DNA of 64,000 bases. Source: Asterias rubens (Eukaryota). The stretch lies in contig NC_047069.1 in the NCBI RefSeq assembly GCF_902459465.1, positions 14,632,001-14,696,000 on the forward strand, written 5' to 3'. The notes under the pieces are model-generated. The model had not been told where the DNA came from. It searched no databases and was given only the letters and a program-made list of their open reading frames with translations. Made by a program: the position numbers and the translations under genes. Positions within the stretch are counted from its first letter, which is position 1, and the number at the start of each line of letters is the position of its first letter. Below, piece after piece: positions 24,572 to 35,869 of the stretch.

Positions 24572-24809
24572 GGCCCAATTTCATGGAGCTGCTAAGCACA
24601 ACAATTTGCTTAGCATGAAATTACTTACATGATAAAAACAGGATTACCAACCAAATCTCCACGTGGTTTTCAGGATAATCAAACAACAGCCGAATACCAG
24701 TAACAAGCAATATGCAACAAATGGAATGGTCGGTCAATCCTGTTTTTATCAAGGAAGAAATATCATGCTAAGCAATTTTGTGTCCTTAGCATTTATATGA
24801 CATTGGGGG
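24572..24809 (+). mobile_element. Harbinger-like MITE (CWG target)
   Basis: CTG|GGCCCAATTTCAT...atgacattggggg|CAG. Colinear with 31422-31661. Confidence 0.75.
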
Positions 24810-24980
24810 CAGTTAACAGGGTGGAACTATCTCCCAAGTGTGTGGCTTGATCCGAATGCCGGAAATAACCCAAATTATGACAAAAGGTGGCAGTCAATGT
24901 CAAAGTGTGTTTTACAGATAATCTCTTGAATTGAACCATTCAGATGGGAGTGGGTTGGTCATTGGCAGCAGGCATCAACT

Positions 24981-25020
24981 TGGGGGGGGGGCGGAGGGGG
25001 GCGGTGGCGGAGGGGGGAGG
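24981..25020 (+). other. G-rich tract able to form a G-quadruplex
   Basis: tggggggggggcggaggggggcggtggcggaggggggagg. Confidence 0.45.
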
Positions 25021-25987
25021 CAATATCCATCCTGATATATCTAAGACAGGTGTAAAGGTTCTGTGCACCAGGATGCCATGGAAATAATCAAGACATTACA
25101 ACATTCTAAGATTCATATTTTATTGTCCGGTTCAACAAAATGTGTTTTTCCCTTTGATACTTTCATCTGATTTAAAAACAAAATATCAAATTTGATTCCT
25201 CTGGCACCGTGTTGGCACTTTCAGCGATTACGAGGTCACAATCGGAAATGGATTTATGTAAGAATAGAACGGTCGGTTGTGTGTGAAAGTCATTTCTTAA
25301 AAAACAGACTCTGAAACTATTATGATCCAAATTTTAGGTGGTGCGTTCAAATTACTGCTATTCCACCTTTCGTTAAACTTTGTTGCAGATTTCCATGAGT
25401 TTTTGGAAACAGCATCCTCAGCACTACAGAATTGTACAGATCAACCAACTTATCTGAAGAAATAGCAACAAACCATCGACAAGCATACATTAAAAACAGT
25501 CTGACATTTCTCATTTCTGAAGAGTAGAGATTGAACGTACTTGTGAGATTACGACTTGATCTAAGTATGGATTCAACTTATACACAACAGAGCGGTTCCA
25601 AAGTAGTCTGAGAGGGTATGGTCAAGTCGAACCATATAGAGGGATAATCTGCAAACGGATCTGGGTCAATTATACAATCAATATCATTATGCAAATTGAA
25701 CATCTATAATATCATTATTATTACACAATTGAGTCTAATTAATACAAGAATGAGTCCACAAGATCGGATCAAGTCCAACCAGAATTCAATATCATGATCT
25801 ACAGCGTCCAATTACACGGATTTGTCCATTATTATAGGATCAACGGATAAAGTCAAACATGTTTAAATAATTAATCCAATAATTATTACACTGAACCGAA
25901 TGTCATAGTGTACTGCATCCTAATACACGTGTAGTACCTGGGACGCAGAAAAAACATGTTATTATTAATTAATATGAATCTAATATA

Positions 25988-26141
25988 GGGTGCGTTCGTT
26001 TAGCTTCCCTGGGTCGACCCCGGTGCGTGACGGTTTTTTTTTTCTCAGGACGAACGTGTGCAGATAATCACCCACGTTCGTCCTGGAAGAAAAAACCGCC
26101 ACACACCGGGGTCGACCCAGGGAAGCTAAACGAACGCACCC
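25988..26141. mobile_element. 154-bp near-perfect palindromic MITE
   Basis: GGGTGCGTTCGTTTAGCTTCCCTGGGTCGACCCCGGTG has an exact complement at the right end, and the arms pair nearly to the centre. Confidence 0.85.
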
Positions 26142-26798
26142 ATTTAGAATCCGACCAACCCTTTTATTAATGAGAAGCCACCATTAACACGAACTGGTCA
26201 AGTTCGATCTATAAATTTCAAATTTCAGGACAATAATTTTAAAAGGTATACGCTATTCTGAGTATACAGTGCTAACAGTAACACACATCAGTGTAAGAAT
26301 AAAAAACAAAAAACTAATATTATAAAAGTTATTCGTGTACGTCATATTTCAAGTCTCATGGCTGGCATGTCAATTATGAAATCTTCTAAATGGTTATAAT
26401 TAATACGATTGGCATTAGTTTGTATAACATTCCTTGCCCATATATACAAGGAAGGACCCCTAAGTAAACTTTAATCATCAGCAGACATGTGCTTTTATAA
26501 TTCACGTCCATATCTCATACTGATTGATAACCAATGATAGTCCACTTCCCATCCTCTGAGCCGGCCACGAGAGTTAGATAGCATCCGTTCCCACACTGAT
26601 TAAGGGCCGGAGATATACCCCACAACCGAATAACACGGTCATGTGACGGCCTGTAAAAACAATCTCCACTGTCCTTCGCTATCTTTCTTATTTTAGTACT
26701 TCGTGATGGCAGCAACCTCAGGAATAAATCATAAGACTGACTATGACATGATCATGGAGATGAATAAAAGGCATCTTTGTGATATGCCATACGATGAA

Positions 26799-27630
26799 TA
26801 CACAGACTCTCGTTATAAAACAAGATCTCTGTCGTGACGTCTGGCCAAGTTCCCTCCTTATATAAAAGAGGAAGTTGTTGTAAAATAGAAGTTGAGCAAA
26901 AAGGAAGACTTATAACTTCATAAGCAGACATGAGATTCAGGACTTCATAATGTACTCTTTATAAAGCAGAACCTCTTTATAACTTTATCATGAGGGTTGA
27001 CCGTAAAATAATATTTTCCACTTTCAAGAACTTGTTAAAATTATAAAATAAAAGTACAGCAAAACAAAGAAACACTATTAAGCAAACATGAGATTCGGGA
27101 CTATAGAATGTACTTTTATAAAAAGCAGCACCTCTTTATAACAGTGCTATAAAGGGGCTTGACTGTCTATTAGTTGACACTTTACAGGAATTTGTTATAA
27201 ATTAAGAGTAAAGCGAAACACTAAAGCAGACATAATAAATTTTGATACGAATAAAAGACTATATTTATAAGTAGAACCTCTTTATAACAGTATTCTTTAT
27301 AATGAGGACTAACTGTATAATAGTTGCTACTTTATAGGAAGAATTTGTTATAAAATAAGAGTACAGCGAAACAAAGAAACACTAAAGCAGAAATGAGATT
27401 CAGGAAATCATAATAAACTCTTTATAAGTAGAACCTCTTTATAACAGTGTTCTTTATAATGAGGACTAACTGTATAATAGTTGCTACTTTATAGGAAGAA
27501 TTTGTTATAAAATAAGAGTACAGCGAAACAAAGAAACACTAAAGCAGAAATGAGATTCAGGAAATCATAATAAGCTCTTTAAAAACAGACCATCTTTATA
27601 ACAGTGTTCTTTATAATAAAGGTCGACTGT
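26799..27630. repeat. Satellite of about five ~157-bp units built from pogo/Tigger-like TIR motifs
   Basis: The last two units are near-identical (period 157). Each carries gaacctctttataac facing ttataatgaggactaactgta. Confidence 0.8.
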
Positions 27631-30602
27631 TCAGTATTTGTTATCTTGTGTAGTATTTAAATTTCTACTTACATGTAACGGTTTCATGTGACCGTGCTGA
27701 GCAGCTTCGTGTGGGGAATTTGTATTCTTTTTCAGATCCGGTGGAAAAAGGTAATAATATTCACAGTCGGCCCCTGCCGTTTGAAGATTGGCTTGTGATT
27801 CCGTTGAGATAGGGGTTAAGACACCGAATCCACGGCTACAGAAGAATGTTGCTTAGAAACAATGGGGGTACGGACAGGTGTGTGAAGCTCTTATTGTTTG
27901 CACGGGAGGAACAGCAGTGTTCTTGAAGGCCAAGCCTGGTTCTCCTCTCTTTGAGTGACGGTAGGTGTGTCTAAGTTCATTACATGTCCACTCTTGCTAC
28001 GTAGGGATGGTCTACTCTATAGTACATGTGGTACAACGTTAACAGCATGCACATGAACCCACCAGAATAGATTGTGTGGTTTGTTTTCAGCTTGTCCCTC
28101 TCCTCTACCTGAAGTTCCGGCGTGTGGCTTAACAGCTCAACGGCACGTACGGTCACATGAGCCAGGTGCCATTCTTGGGATTCCAACTCCCGCGTTTTTT
28201 ATCCTCCTGTTTTTGTATTGGTGCACCGCACGGTTAGCTTATGTCTCTCTCTTGAATTCGTGTGGGAAGCCGTAATGACCGGATCCCAGGCTAACATTCG
28301 CAGGTGTGGCAAATCATAGAATGATCCGTCTTTCCTTTTTCCCCCACAGACACGACGACAGCCCGGCGATAGGGGAAGCTTCTATATAACCGGCGACACC
28401 ACAACTGGCCTGAAACCCGCTGATGCTCGACAGCCTAAACTCACGTCAATGTCAATTAACTCTCAAAAGCACCACAGATAGTGAGTTTTAAACTTCAAAC
28501 CCAAGTGCCAAGCTAGACCGCTGTCACCACTTCCTCACTCGCTGGTCAGGGTTCCTTGGAAAAATGTAGAATTGATGTCCACTTGAGTGTAAGGCATCAA
28601 GTTGGGGGTCACAAGTGCACAATTATGCCACTCCATAGAAGAACAAATATTACGTCACACTGGGAATCGATTATTGGTCAATCGATTTCACTTCCAAGTA
28701 CAGCTAAGCCAGTGCCTTAATGCATCGTATACACACGGTCCAGATGCCATGGCGTTGTACTATAGCTGGAACAGTTCCCATGGGTTTGTCGCTTAATTAT
28801 TTCGGATATTTTATAAGCAGGAATCCGGATGCAACTAATATTTTTTTTAAAGGGTCCATAAAGTTATGATTGGGGCGCTGTTGGATGTACAACAACAGGG
28901 GTTTAGGGCAAGGAAACCGATGCGGGGAATTTCCGAGCTGAGAGGAACAGCCGTGCTGGCTTGCCAGGGCGACGAGCGGGCAATGTGGATTGACAGGACG
29001 GCGTGGTAGGGTCACTGATCGTAGCAGGGGCAATGCACAGGGGGAACTGAGCCGGTTGTGGAAACGGGGAAGACAGGTGTGGCGGAAGAACTGCAGTTGC
29101 TCCCTCTCTCTTTCTCTCTCTCTCTCGAACTTTAAACTGTCATCATATTAATGCACTTTGCAGATATGAGGTTGTAAAATGATGGATGGGGCTAGCTGAT
29201 GAATAAACAACCCTCCCAAGCCCCCGAATATAACAATTAAATTCAATTTTAGTACTCGCAGGCCACAGACTCTGGCCACCATACCCTAGGCATCACATCA
29301 TAAATATTAAACAGTTCTTCCCAAATTTAAAAACAAATAAGAGGTGTTGGCCCGAACACCTAATAAAAGGTCGGAAGAGATTCAGAAAAAAATACGAGAA
29401 CGCGAAATTATTGGAGCACGCTGGTGTGTTTCATCAGGGATTTTTCACAAATTGTATATACACACACGTGCTTATTTGTATTGCGGCAATCAATATAAAG
29501 CAATTGTGACTTGGTGGAGCTTTAAATGCAATTTCTTGATGTTCAAACTCTCTCAGATGAAAAGGTTTCTGTGGATGATTAGTAGGCGGCTACTCATCAC
29601 TTTACAATCAGTGAGCTGTTTCCTATTGACAATTCCACTCCTGCAACTTTTGTATTAAAATAAAGACAGCCCTGTGACGTTAGAACGTAGGCACTACAAG
29701 TTTCGAGCGAGTTCGAACTTCCGGGACCAAGTTGGACCCAACCATATTGAGTTTTTACAGATGACTTGTGTAATTTATGGCTGTCAAAAATAATATCGTA
29801 TTGTTGGGAAAGTAACCATGTAATTATGTGAGAGTAAAAAATATATTGAACAAATCCACAATATTACCCGGTGGGATAAGACTTGACCTCCATTTCCGGT
29901 ACTCTGTAAACAATTACGAATGTTGCCCAACTGACGTTCAATTTATCATTCGACCTACGTGAGGGTCGCACACATTCGGGCGTGATTGTCAAATGGGTTT
30001 TGGGGTCTAATCGCCTTGTTAGCGCACACTTGCATTTGGCACACCGGTTGCGTTGAGACTGTTTATGAAACAAACCCTAATAAAGCACGACACCTCAAAG
30101 TCGAGTTCCTTTTTGAGGCCGGCAGGAATTTCAAATTCGCTTTTCTCAACTAACAAGGCAGGCGAGGCCATTTCCGTCAACATACTCTTGGATAATTACA
30201 CGGACGTGTTAATTAAATGATAAGAAAGCGTTGAAGGCCGGACTCTGGTTGGGTCGACCGACGAAGGCAAGCGGTGGTTCCGGGGGTGGTGGGTTTTTCA
30301 CGGGGAAGGAATTTCCGTCACGGACGATTAACACAAAACTTTCATGTGAACTTATTTAATATTTTATTTCACTTGGATGCATTTTGTTTATTGCCCCGTT
30401 TGTGATGCTGTTAAAAAAAATTGGTGTATTGATGATATTTAGTTTGGGCTATGCACATTGTTGACTCAAGCATTATTTTTGGTAGCTTCCCCTAGATTTT
30501 ATGTTCCTGTTTATTGGAAGAATAAAACAGCTCACTGCATTTCGAGAATGGAGTTATTTTATTACCGGAAATCTTTTACGACTCACTGGATACCACTAGC
30601 TG

Positions 30603-30997
30603 CCCTCACAAAATGTGGTTTTCGAATATTCGAAATTAAGTAACGGTTTTACTGCAAGACGGTCGTTTGTGCGTCAGGCAATGGACCCTTTGCATTCGAA
30701 TGATACACACTTCACTCGAAAAGCGTTATTGTTATTATACCATGATGTCACAACCAAGCAAAGCGACTAAGACTATGGCTTGGGATGAACACGTTGAACC
30801 AGTCAGCCGTAGCCACAACTGCTAACTCGGATGGCCATACAAGTTATAGAATGTCATTGCCCTCACAAAGTAAAAAATAAATGTGGTTTTCAAATTCGAA
30901 ATGAAGTAACGGTTTTGACAGCAAGACTGTCGTTTGTGCGTCAGGCAATGGACATTTGCTTTCGAATGTTACACACATCACTCGAAAATATATTGGC
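30603..30997. repeat. Direct repeat of about 130 bp, spaced 257 bp
   Basis: ccctcacaaa...gtcgtttgtgcgtcaggcaatggac...cactcgaaaa at 30603 and 30860. Confidence 0.85.
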
Positions 30998-31222
30998 CTA
31001 TCAATATTATGTCATGTTGTCGCGCCAATTTGGATAAGGCTTTGGCCGTTGGCTGCTGAATGATCTAACAGTTAGCCACTGCCATAAGTGGCGTTTTGGA
31101 TGTGGCCTTACAAGTTTTAGCAAACGCCATGCTTTTTCCGTTTGCGCGGGAACGATTCACGCGGCACTGGCCAATCACACACAGTGCTAGTGTTTGGTTG
31201 GCGTCATCGTGAAGCGTAATGA

Positions 31223-31427
31223 ATTATACTCAACATCAATGCAGAGGTCGTGTCCACATTGGCGGCTACGGCTATGGCCTGGGCCCATGAACATTATACT
31301 CAACATCAATGCAGAGGTCGTGTCCACATTGGCGGCTACGGCTATGGCCTGGGCCCATGAGCATTATACTCACCATCAATGCAGAGGTCGTGTCCACATT
31401 GGCGGCTACGGCTATGGCCTGGGCCCA
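31223..31427. repeat. Three tandem 70-bp units
   Basis: attatactcaacatcaatgcagaggtcgtgtccacattggcggctacggctatggcctgggccca x3, nearly identical and with no spacers. Confidence 0.95.
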
Positions 31428-31661
31428 ATTTCGTAAAGCCTGTAAGCACACAAATTTGCTTAGCATGAAATGTCTTCCTTAATACAAACAGGATTACCAA
31501 CCCAATTTTCACGTGTTTTTCAGGATAAGCAAACAACAGCTGAATGCCAGTAACAAGCAATATGCAACAAATTAACATTTGGTTGGTAATCTTGTTTTTA
31601 TCAAGGAAGAAATTTCATGCTAAGCATATTTTTGTGCTTACAGGCTTTATTAAATTGGGCC
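31422..31661 (+). mobile_element. Harbinger-like MITE with perfect CTG target-site duplication
   Basis: CTG|GGCCCAATTT...AAATTGGGCC|CTG. A CWG TSD is known for zebrafish Harbinger3_DR. Confidence 0.8.
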
Positions 31662-32379
31662 CTGATCTCCGCGCCACCAAGCATTACACAAGTACGGCCT
31701 GAACACCATTTGTAAATACAGAACCCATCTTTAATATCACCGAGTTTTAAAATTGGGACTAAATCAACCACAGCACGCCGATGGTCATATAGCTTGACCG
31801 GTGTCTCAGTGCAGTCTGTTTTTTTTTGTTTTTTTAACTTTACTTTGCTTACAAAGTAAATTGATAGGCTACGCAACCAAACTGAGGCTGAAGGGGCAAA
31901 CTTGCGTTTACAGAACTGAGTACAAACCAAAGACGGTCGGTTTCTGTATAGACTGCGCAAATCTTGCGCGATGTAGACCCTCAAGAAACTGCGCGACTTT
32001 GTTCAAACTGCAATGTAAGGGATCCCATGCTTTCCCAAAATCTTGAGTTTGCGCGAGATATAGACCTTTCTAAACAATTGGTGTGTTTGTGTGGGTTGGG
32101 GGGGGGGGAGGGCTTGAGTTACCACAACGAACATTTTTGACAAATTTGTTACATGTTGGAATTTCAACCACACTGCTGGCCGTGTTCGTTTCACACTTTA
32201 ATGTAATTTTCTTGGGAGAAATAAACACACCACATCCTAACCCCGGACTCTATTTCTTCCTCCATGATTCTACCTTCATGGTTCAACCCAACTCCAAAGC
32301 AGACAATTTTGCGTACAAATTTTGTGTTTAGTAAAAGTTAACCGAATACCAGTCAGAAGTGGTCCATTATCACATGTTA

Positions 32380-32470
32380 TTTTTGCTGGTAATCTTAATC
32401 TGGTAAGCATAATTTCGTTATGCTTAGCTACTTTTTTTTGCTTTAGAGCAGCTCTAGATGAAATTGGGCC
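32380..32470 (+). mobile_element. Right end of a Harbinger-like MITE
   Basis: ttgctggtaatc...agcagctctagatGAAATTGGGCC|CAG. Confidence 0.6.
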
Positions 32471-33943
32471 CAGGTTTTGAGGTCTCAGCTTGACATTCCA
32501 GACACACAGGGGGAACTTGAGGCATCCTGTCTCAAGATTGCCCCATCTCGTTCACATTGCTTACCATAACCATCTTAGGAAGGGACTCTCCTGAAGAACT
32601 CCACACGGACACAGACCCACTACTGTTCTCTTCTTAATTAATCAAGGGTGATAACATTCCTTTAATTTGACTAATGGCCGCTCCGTAACGGGTTTAATTA
32701 CTATTCGCATCTTCTAATTAGTCATCAGCGAATGTGGAAACAGATTTTTGTCTTTCTTGAAGACATCTTAAATGCGTTGTCAGATCTTGGATACTTACAA
32801 AGGAGAGCAGTGTTTCAAAATGGAAGGAAGTTTCATTTCATTTCCTCCGTGGGTCTTGGGAGAGATTATAAAAGTGCTCTTCTGCAAACCGCGATAAACA
32901 AAGAACAGACTTTCTAAAGTTGCGTTTGGTTTTGTCTACTGTTTTCAGGAAGCCCCTTTTTCCCACGAGAGAAACTTAGCAAGGGTCCCTTGCTAAATTG
33001 TAGCAAGGGTTGTACTTTCTTTTACAAAATGTTCTTCGTGCGAAAAGACAACAGTTTGTGTAGTGTCCAGGGTAGATCCCTTGTAAAATATTGCCCAATG
33101 CATGGATGCCTGTCTCCAGTAATTTAAGGGGGAAAATATTGGGAAGTATGAACAAGCTCCTCCACAGAACAATCATTCTCTCTTACTCATGGAGCTTCCA
33201 TGCAGTCAAGCATTTTCAATTGTCGGGCTGATTTACTGATTTGAAGATCATTTGTTTGATCGGTAGATTTTTGAGATAACCAACGTAGCAGAACAACTTT
33301 CCTTACGGGTGAAAATAAATCGCGGGAAAAAAAGTATAATACCATGCTCTAGCACGATCAGCAACAATTAAAAAGGGGCAAAAAATCGCATTGGTAAACA
33401 GTTTGGGCATCAGCAGCAGGGTCAGTGACCGCACGGTCGAGGTGAGAAGTCAGGCCAAATCAGTTGTTGTTGCGTTTGTTTTTTGCCATTATGCACACAC
33501 CATGTGTTATGGAGGCTTTCCCTTGTAACTCATGTCACGTGGTTTGCCGGACGTGGCCGTGCGAGCGTTTTTATTTCTCACAAAAAAAAGTCCACGGACT
33601 GCCCGGACTCGACTCTCGTGTGTGTGCATGTTGTCAGTCCGTTGGATGTGTTCCGGGCCTCGGGGGCGACTGCGAGGCCAGTCCCCGCTGAAAGGTTTAT
33701 GCCGGCGACCGGGGCGGGTGAGTGACGGAAAACAGAGCCCTTGGACTCCGGGCAATCATAACTCCCAAAAGCCTCTCTCAGCATGTTTCGGAAGATGACA
33801 AGAGCCATTAAAATACAAATAATATAATGCCGGGATCATATTACAAACCTGTTATTAAATGAGCCACTTTATGGGCTTTGAGAGGAAGGCCTAAGCGGTT
33901 TACAAAACCCTCTGCTGTGATGTCTCCTCGTTACACAGTCCTG

Positions 33944-34304
33944 GGGCCAATGTCACGGTGCTGCTAAGCAAACAAACTATAATATGTGGATATGTAAGCC
34001 TACAAGGTGCCAGTTGTAGTGTACAGCTAGTCTTTGGTCTTTGAGAGGTTCAGTGCCAGATTATTGCTTAGCCGAAAAACACTTCTGTACATAATTTTCT
34101 GCCAAATACCTCACGTCTTCTCGATACACAGTCCTGGAACCAGTATAACAGAGCTACTTAGCTCACAAACTAAAGGCCTAAGTGGATAAAAAGGCCTACA
34201 AAAGCACAGGATAACAAAAACAAGTACATAGTCTTTGACAGGTTCAGTGCAAAATTATTTTCTGCATTATTTCTGCAAAACACCTCTTACTGTAAAATTG
34301 GGCC
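33944..34304 (+). mobile_element. Harbinger-like MITE with an internal tandem duplication of about 193 bp
   Basis: CTG|GGGCCAATGTC...AAATTGGGCC. Two diverged units each begin tacacagtcctgg. Confidence 0.6.
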
Positions 34305-34785
34305 AAATACACCAATACATTGCATGCGCCGGATTTTAAATTACATATTGTTGTGTTGTCTGCATTCTGATTTGTTGTTTGCTCTCTTATTAACGATGTA
34401 TTTTGGGTTGGTTTGTTAAACGGTCGGCATAAAGTTTTAGTTCATCGTTTATTAATTAATGATAAAGTAAAGTAAAATCATTTTTTCTTTAAAACAAACC
34501 CACTGAATTATATCCTGAACGAAACTGCTCTAAGGTAAGGGCAACGTATGGGTGTCAATTTGATTTACCTTGAAAACACAAAGAGTGCATAAAAACACAT
34601 GTGCTCAAAAATGTTGCTGCCGCCAAAACCATTACCATTATCTCAAGGATATGACGTCTATTTTTAGTCGTAACACTCCATCATCAGCCTTCACAGTAAA
34701 AACAATGACAAACATGGTCACACACAAACGATAAAGGCAGATCCGACCCAGTTTGTTCGGTCCTTCAAATTCTAAACGTGTCCAG

Positions 34786-34918
34786 GGGTCGATTTCACAA
34801 AGAGTTGGGACTAGTCCTAACTTAATAGAACTAGTCCTAAGAGATATTAAATACGTACAGCTAATAACTCGTCCTAACTCGAGATAAGACTAGTCCTAAC
34901 TCTTTGTGAAATCCACCC
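34786..34918. mobile_element. 133-bp palindromic Harbinger-like MITE
   Basis: GGGTCGATTTCACAAAGAGTT...AACTCTTTGTGAAATCCACCC with internal actagtcctaa repeats. Flanks are CAG and ATG. Confidence 0.8.
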
Positions 34919-35266
34919 ATGGGCACGTTTGGTACTTACTCAAACAATGTTTTAGCATAAAAAAATACTTGATAACGAGCAACGGAGAACTGTTGATAGT
35001 ATGTAGAATTTTAAAACATTGTGGGAAACGGCTCCCTCTGAAGTTACGTACTTTTTGAGAAAGAGGTTATTTCTCATTAAAATGTTTTAATATGAGAAGC
35101 CTGAAGCCTTTCTCGGGCATCTGAAAGCAAATTTGTGTCTTAACTTTTTTCTTTCATTATTTTCTTGCAACCTCATTGACCAAATGGGCCAAAATTGTCA
35201 CAGGTTTGTTATTTTATGTATATGCTCTGGTCTTTGGCAACTACCAAACGTGTCCAGTGCCTTTAC
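34919..35266 (-). mobile_element. Family A' MITE with its left TIR cut by a nested element
   Basis: Starts at atgggcacgtttggtac (a truncated TIR) and ends aaacgtgtccagtgcct|ttac. Confidence 0.75.
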
Positions 35267-35520
35267 GCAAAACAGAAGGAGGGTGGGGTGACAAGAAAGC
35301 AGGAAAGACAGACCCGGACCGGCGGGTGAAGACGGCTTCATCCACAGGGCAATATTTTGGGTTCATCGTCAAAACAAGAAGACGTCTGACGACCTAGCCC
35401 CCACCCCACGCCTAAATGAGAAATTTCCCGATGGGAAGCTAAACCACCACATTGTGGGTCTCGAGGGACCACGGTACTCAATCCACCAGGAGGTGTCTTA
35501 AGACGTGAGGATACGTGCTC

Positions 35521-35869
35521 TTAAAGCCACTGGACACTATTGGTAATTACTCAAAATAATTGTTAGCATAAAAACTTGGTAACGAGCAATGGAGAACTGT
35601 TGTTAGTATGAAACATTGTGAGAAACGACTCCATCTGAAGTAACGTAGTTTTTGAGAAAGAGATCATTTCACACTCAAGGATTAAAATGGGCATCTGAAA
35701 GCACACACATTTGTGCAGCAAGGCTATTTTTCTTTCATTATTCTCTTGCAACTTCGATGACCGATTTGAGTAAAAAAATTCACAGATTTGTTATTTTATG
35801 TAATGGGGCCTATACACCAAATGAGAATACTGGTCTTTGACAATTACCAATAGTGTTCGGTGCCTTTAT
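35521..35869 (-). mobile_element. Family A' MITE
   Basis: TTAA|agccactggacac...gtgttcggtgcct|ttat. It lacks the central palindrome of family A. Confidence 0.8.

Noticed and set aside
31223-31427. CRISPR-like repeat array
   Set aside because: Units are contiguous 70-bp duplicates with no unique spacers, there are no cas genes and the context is eukaryotic.
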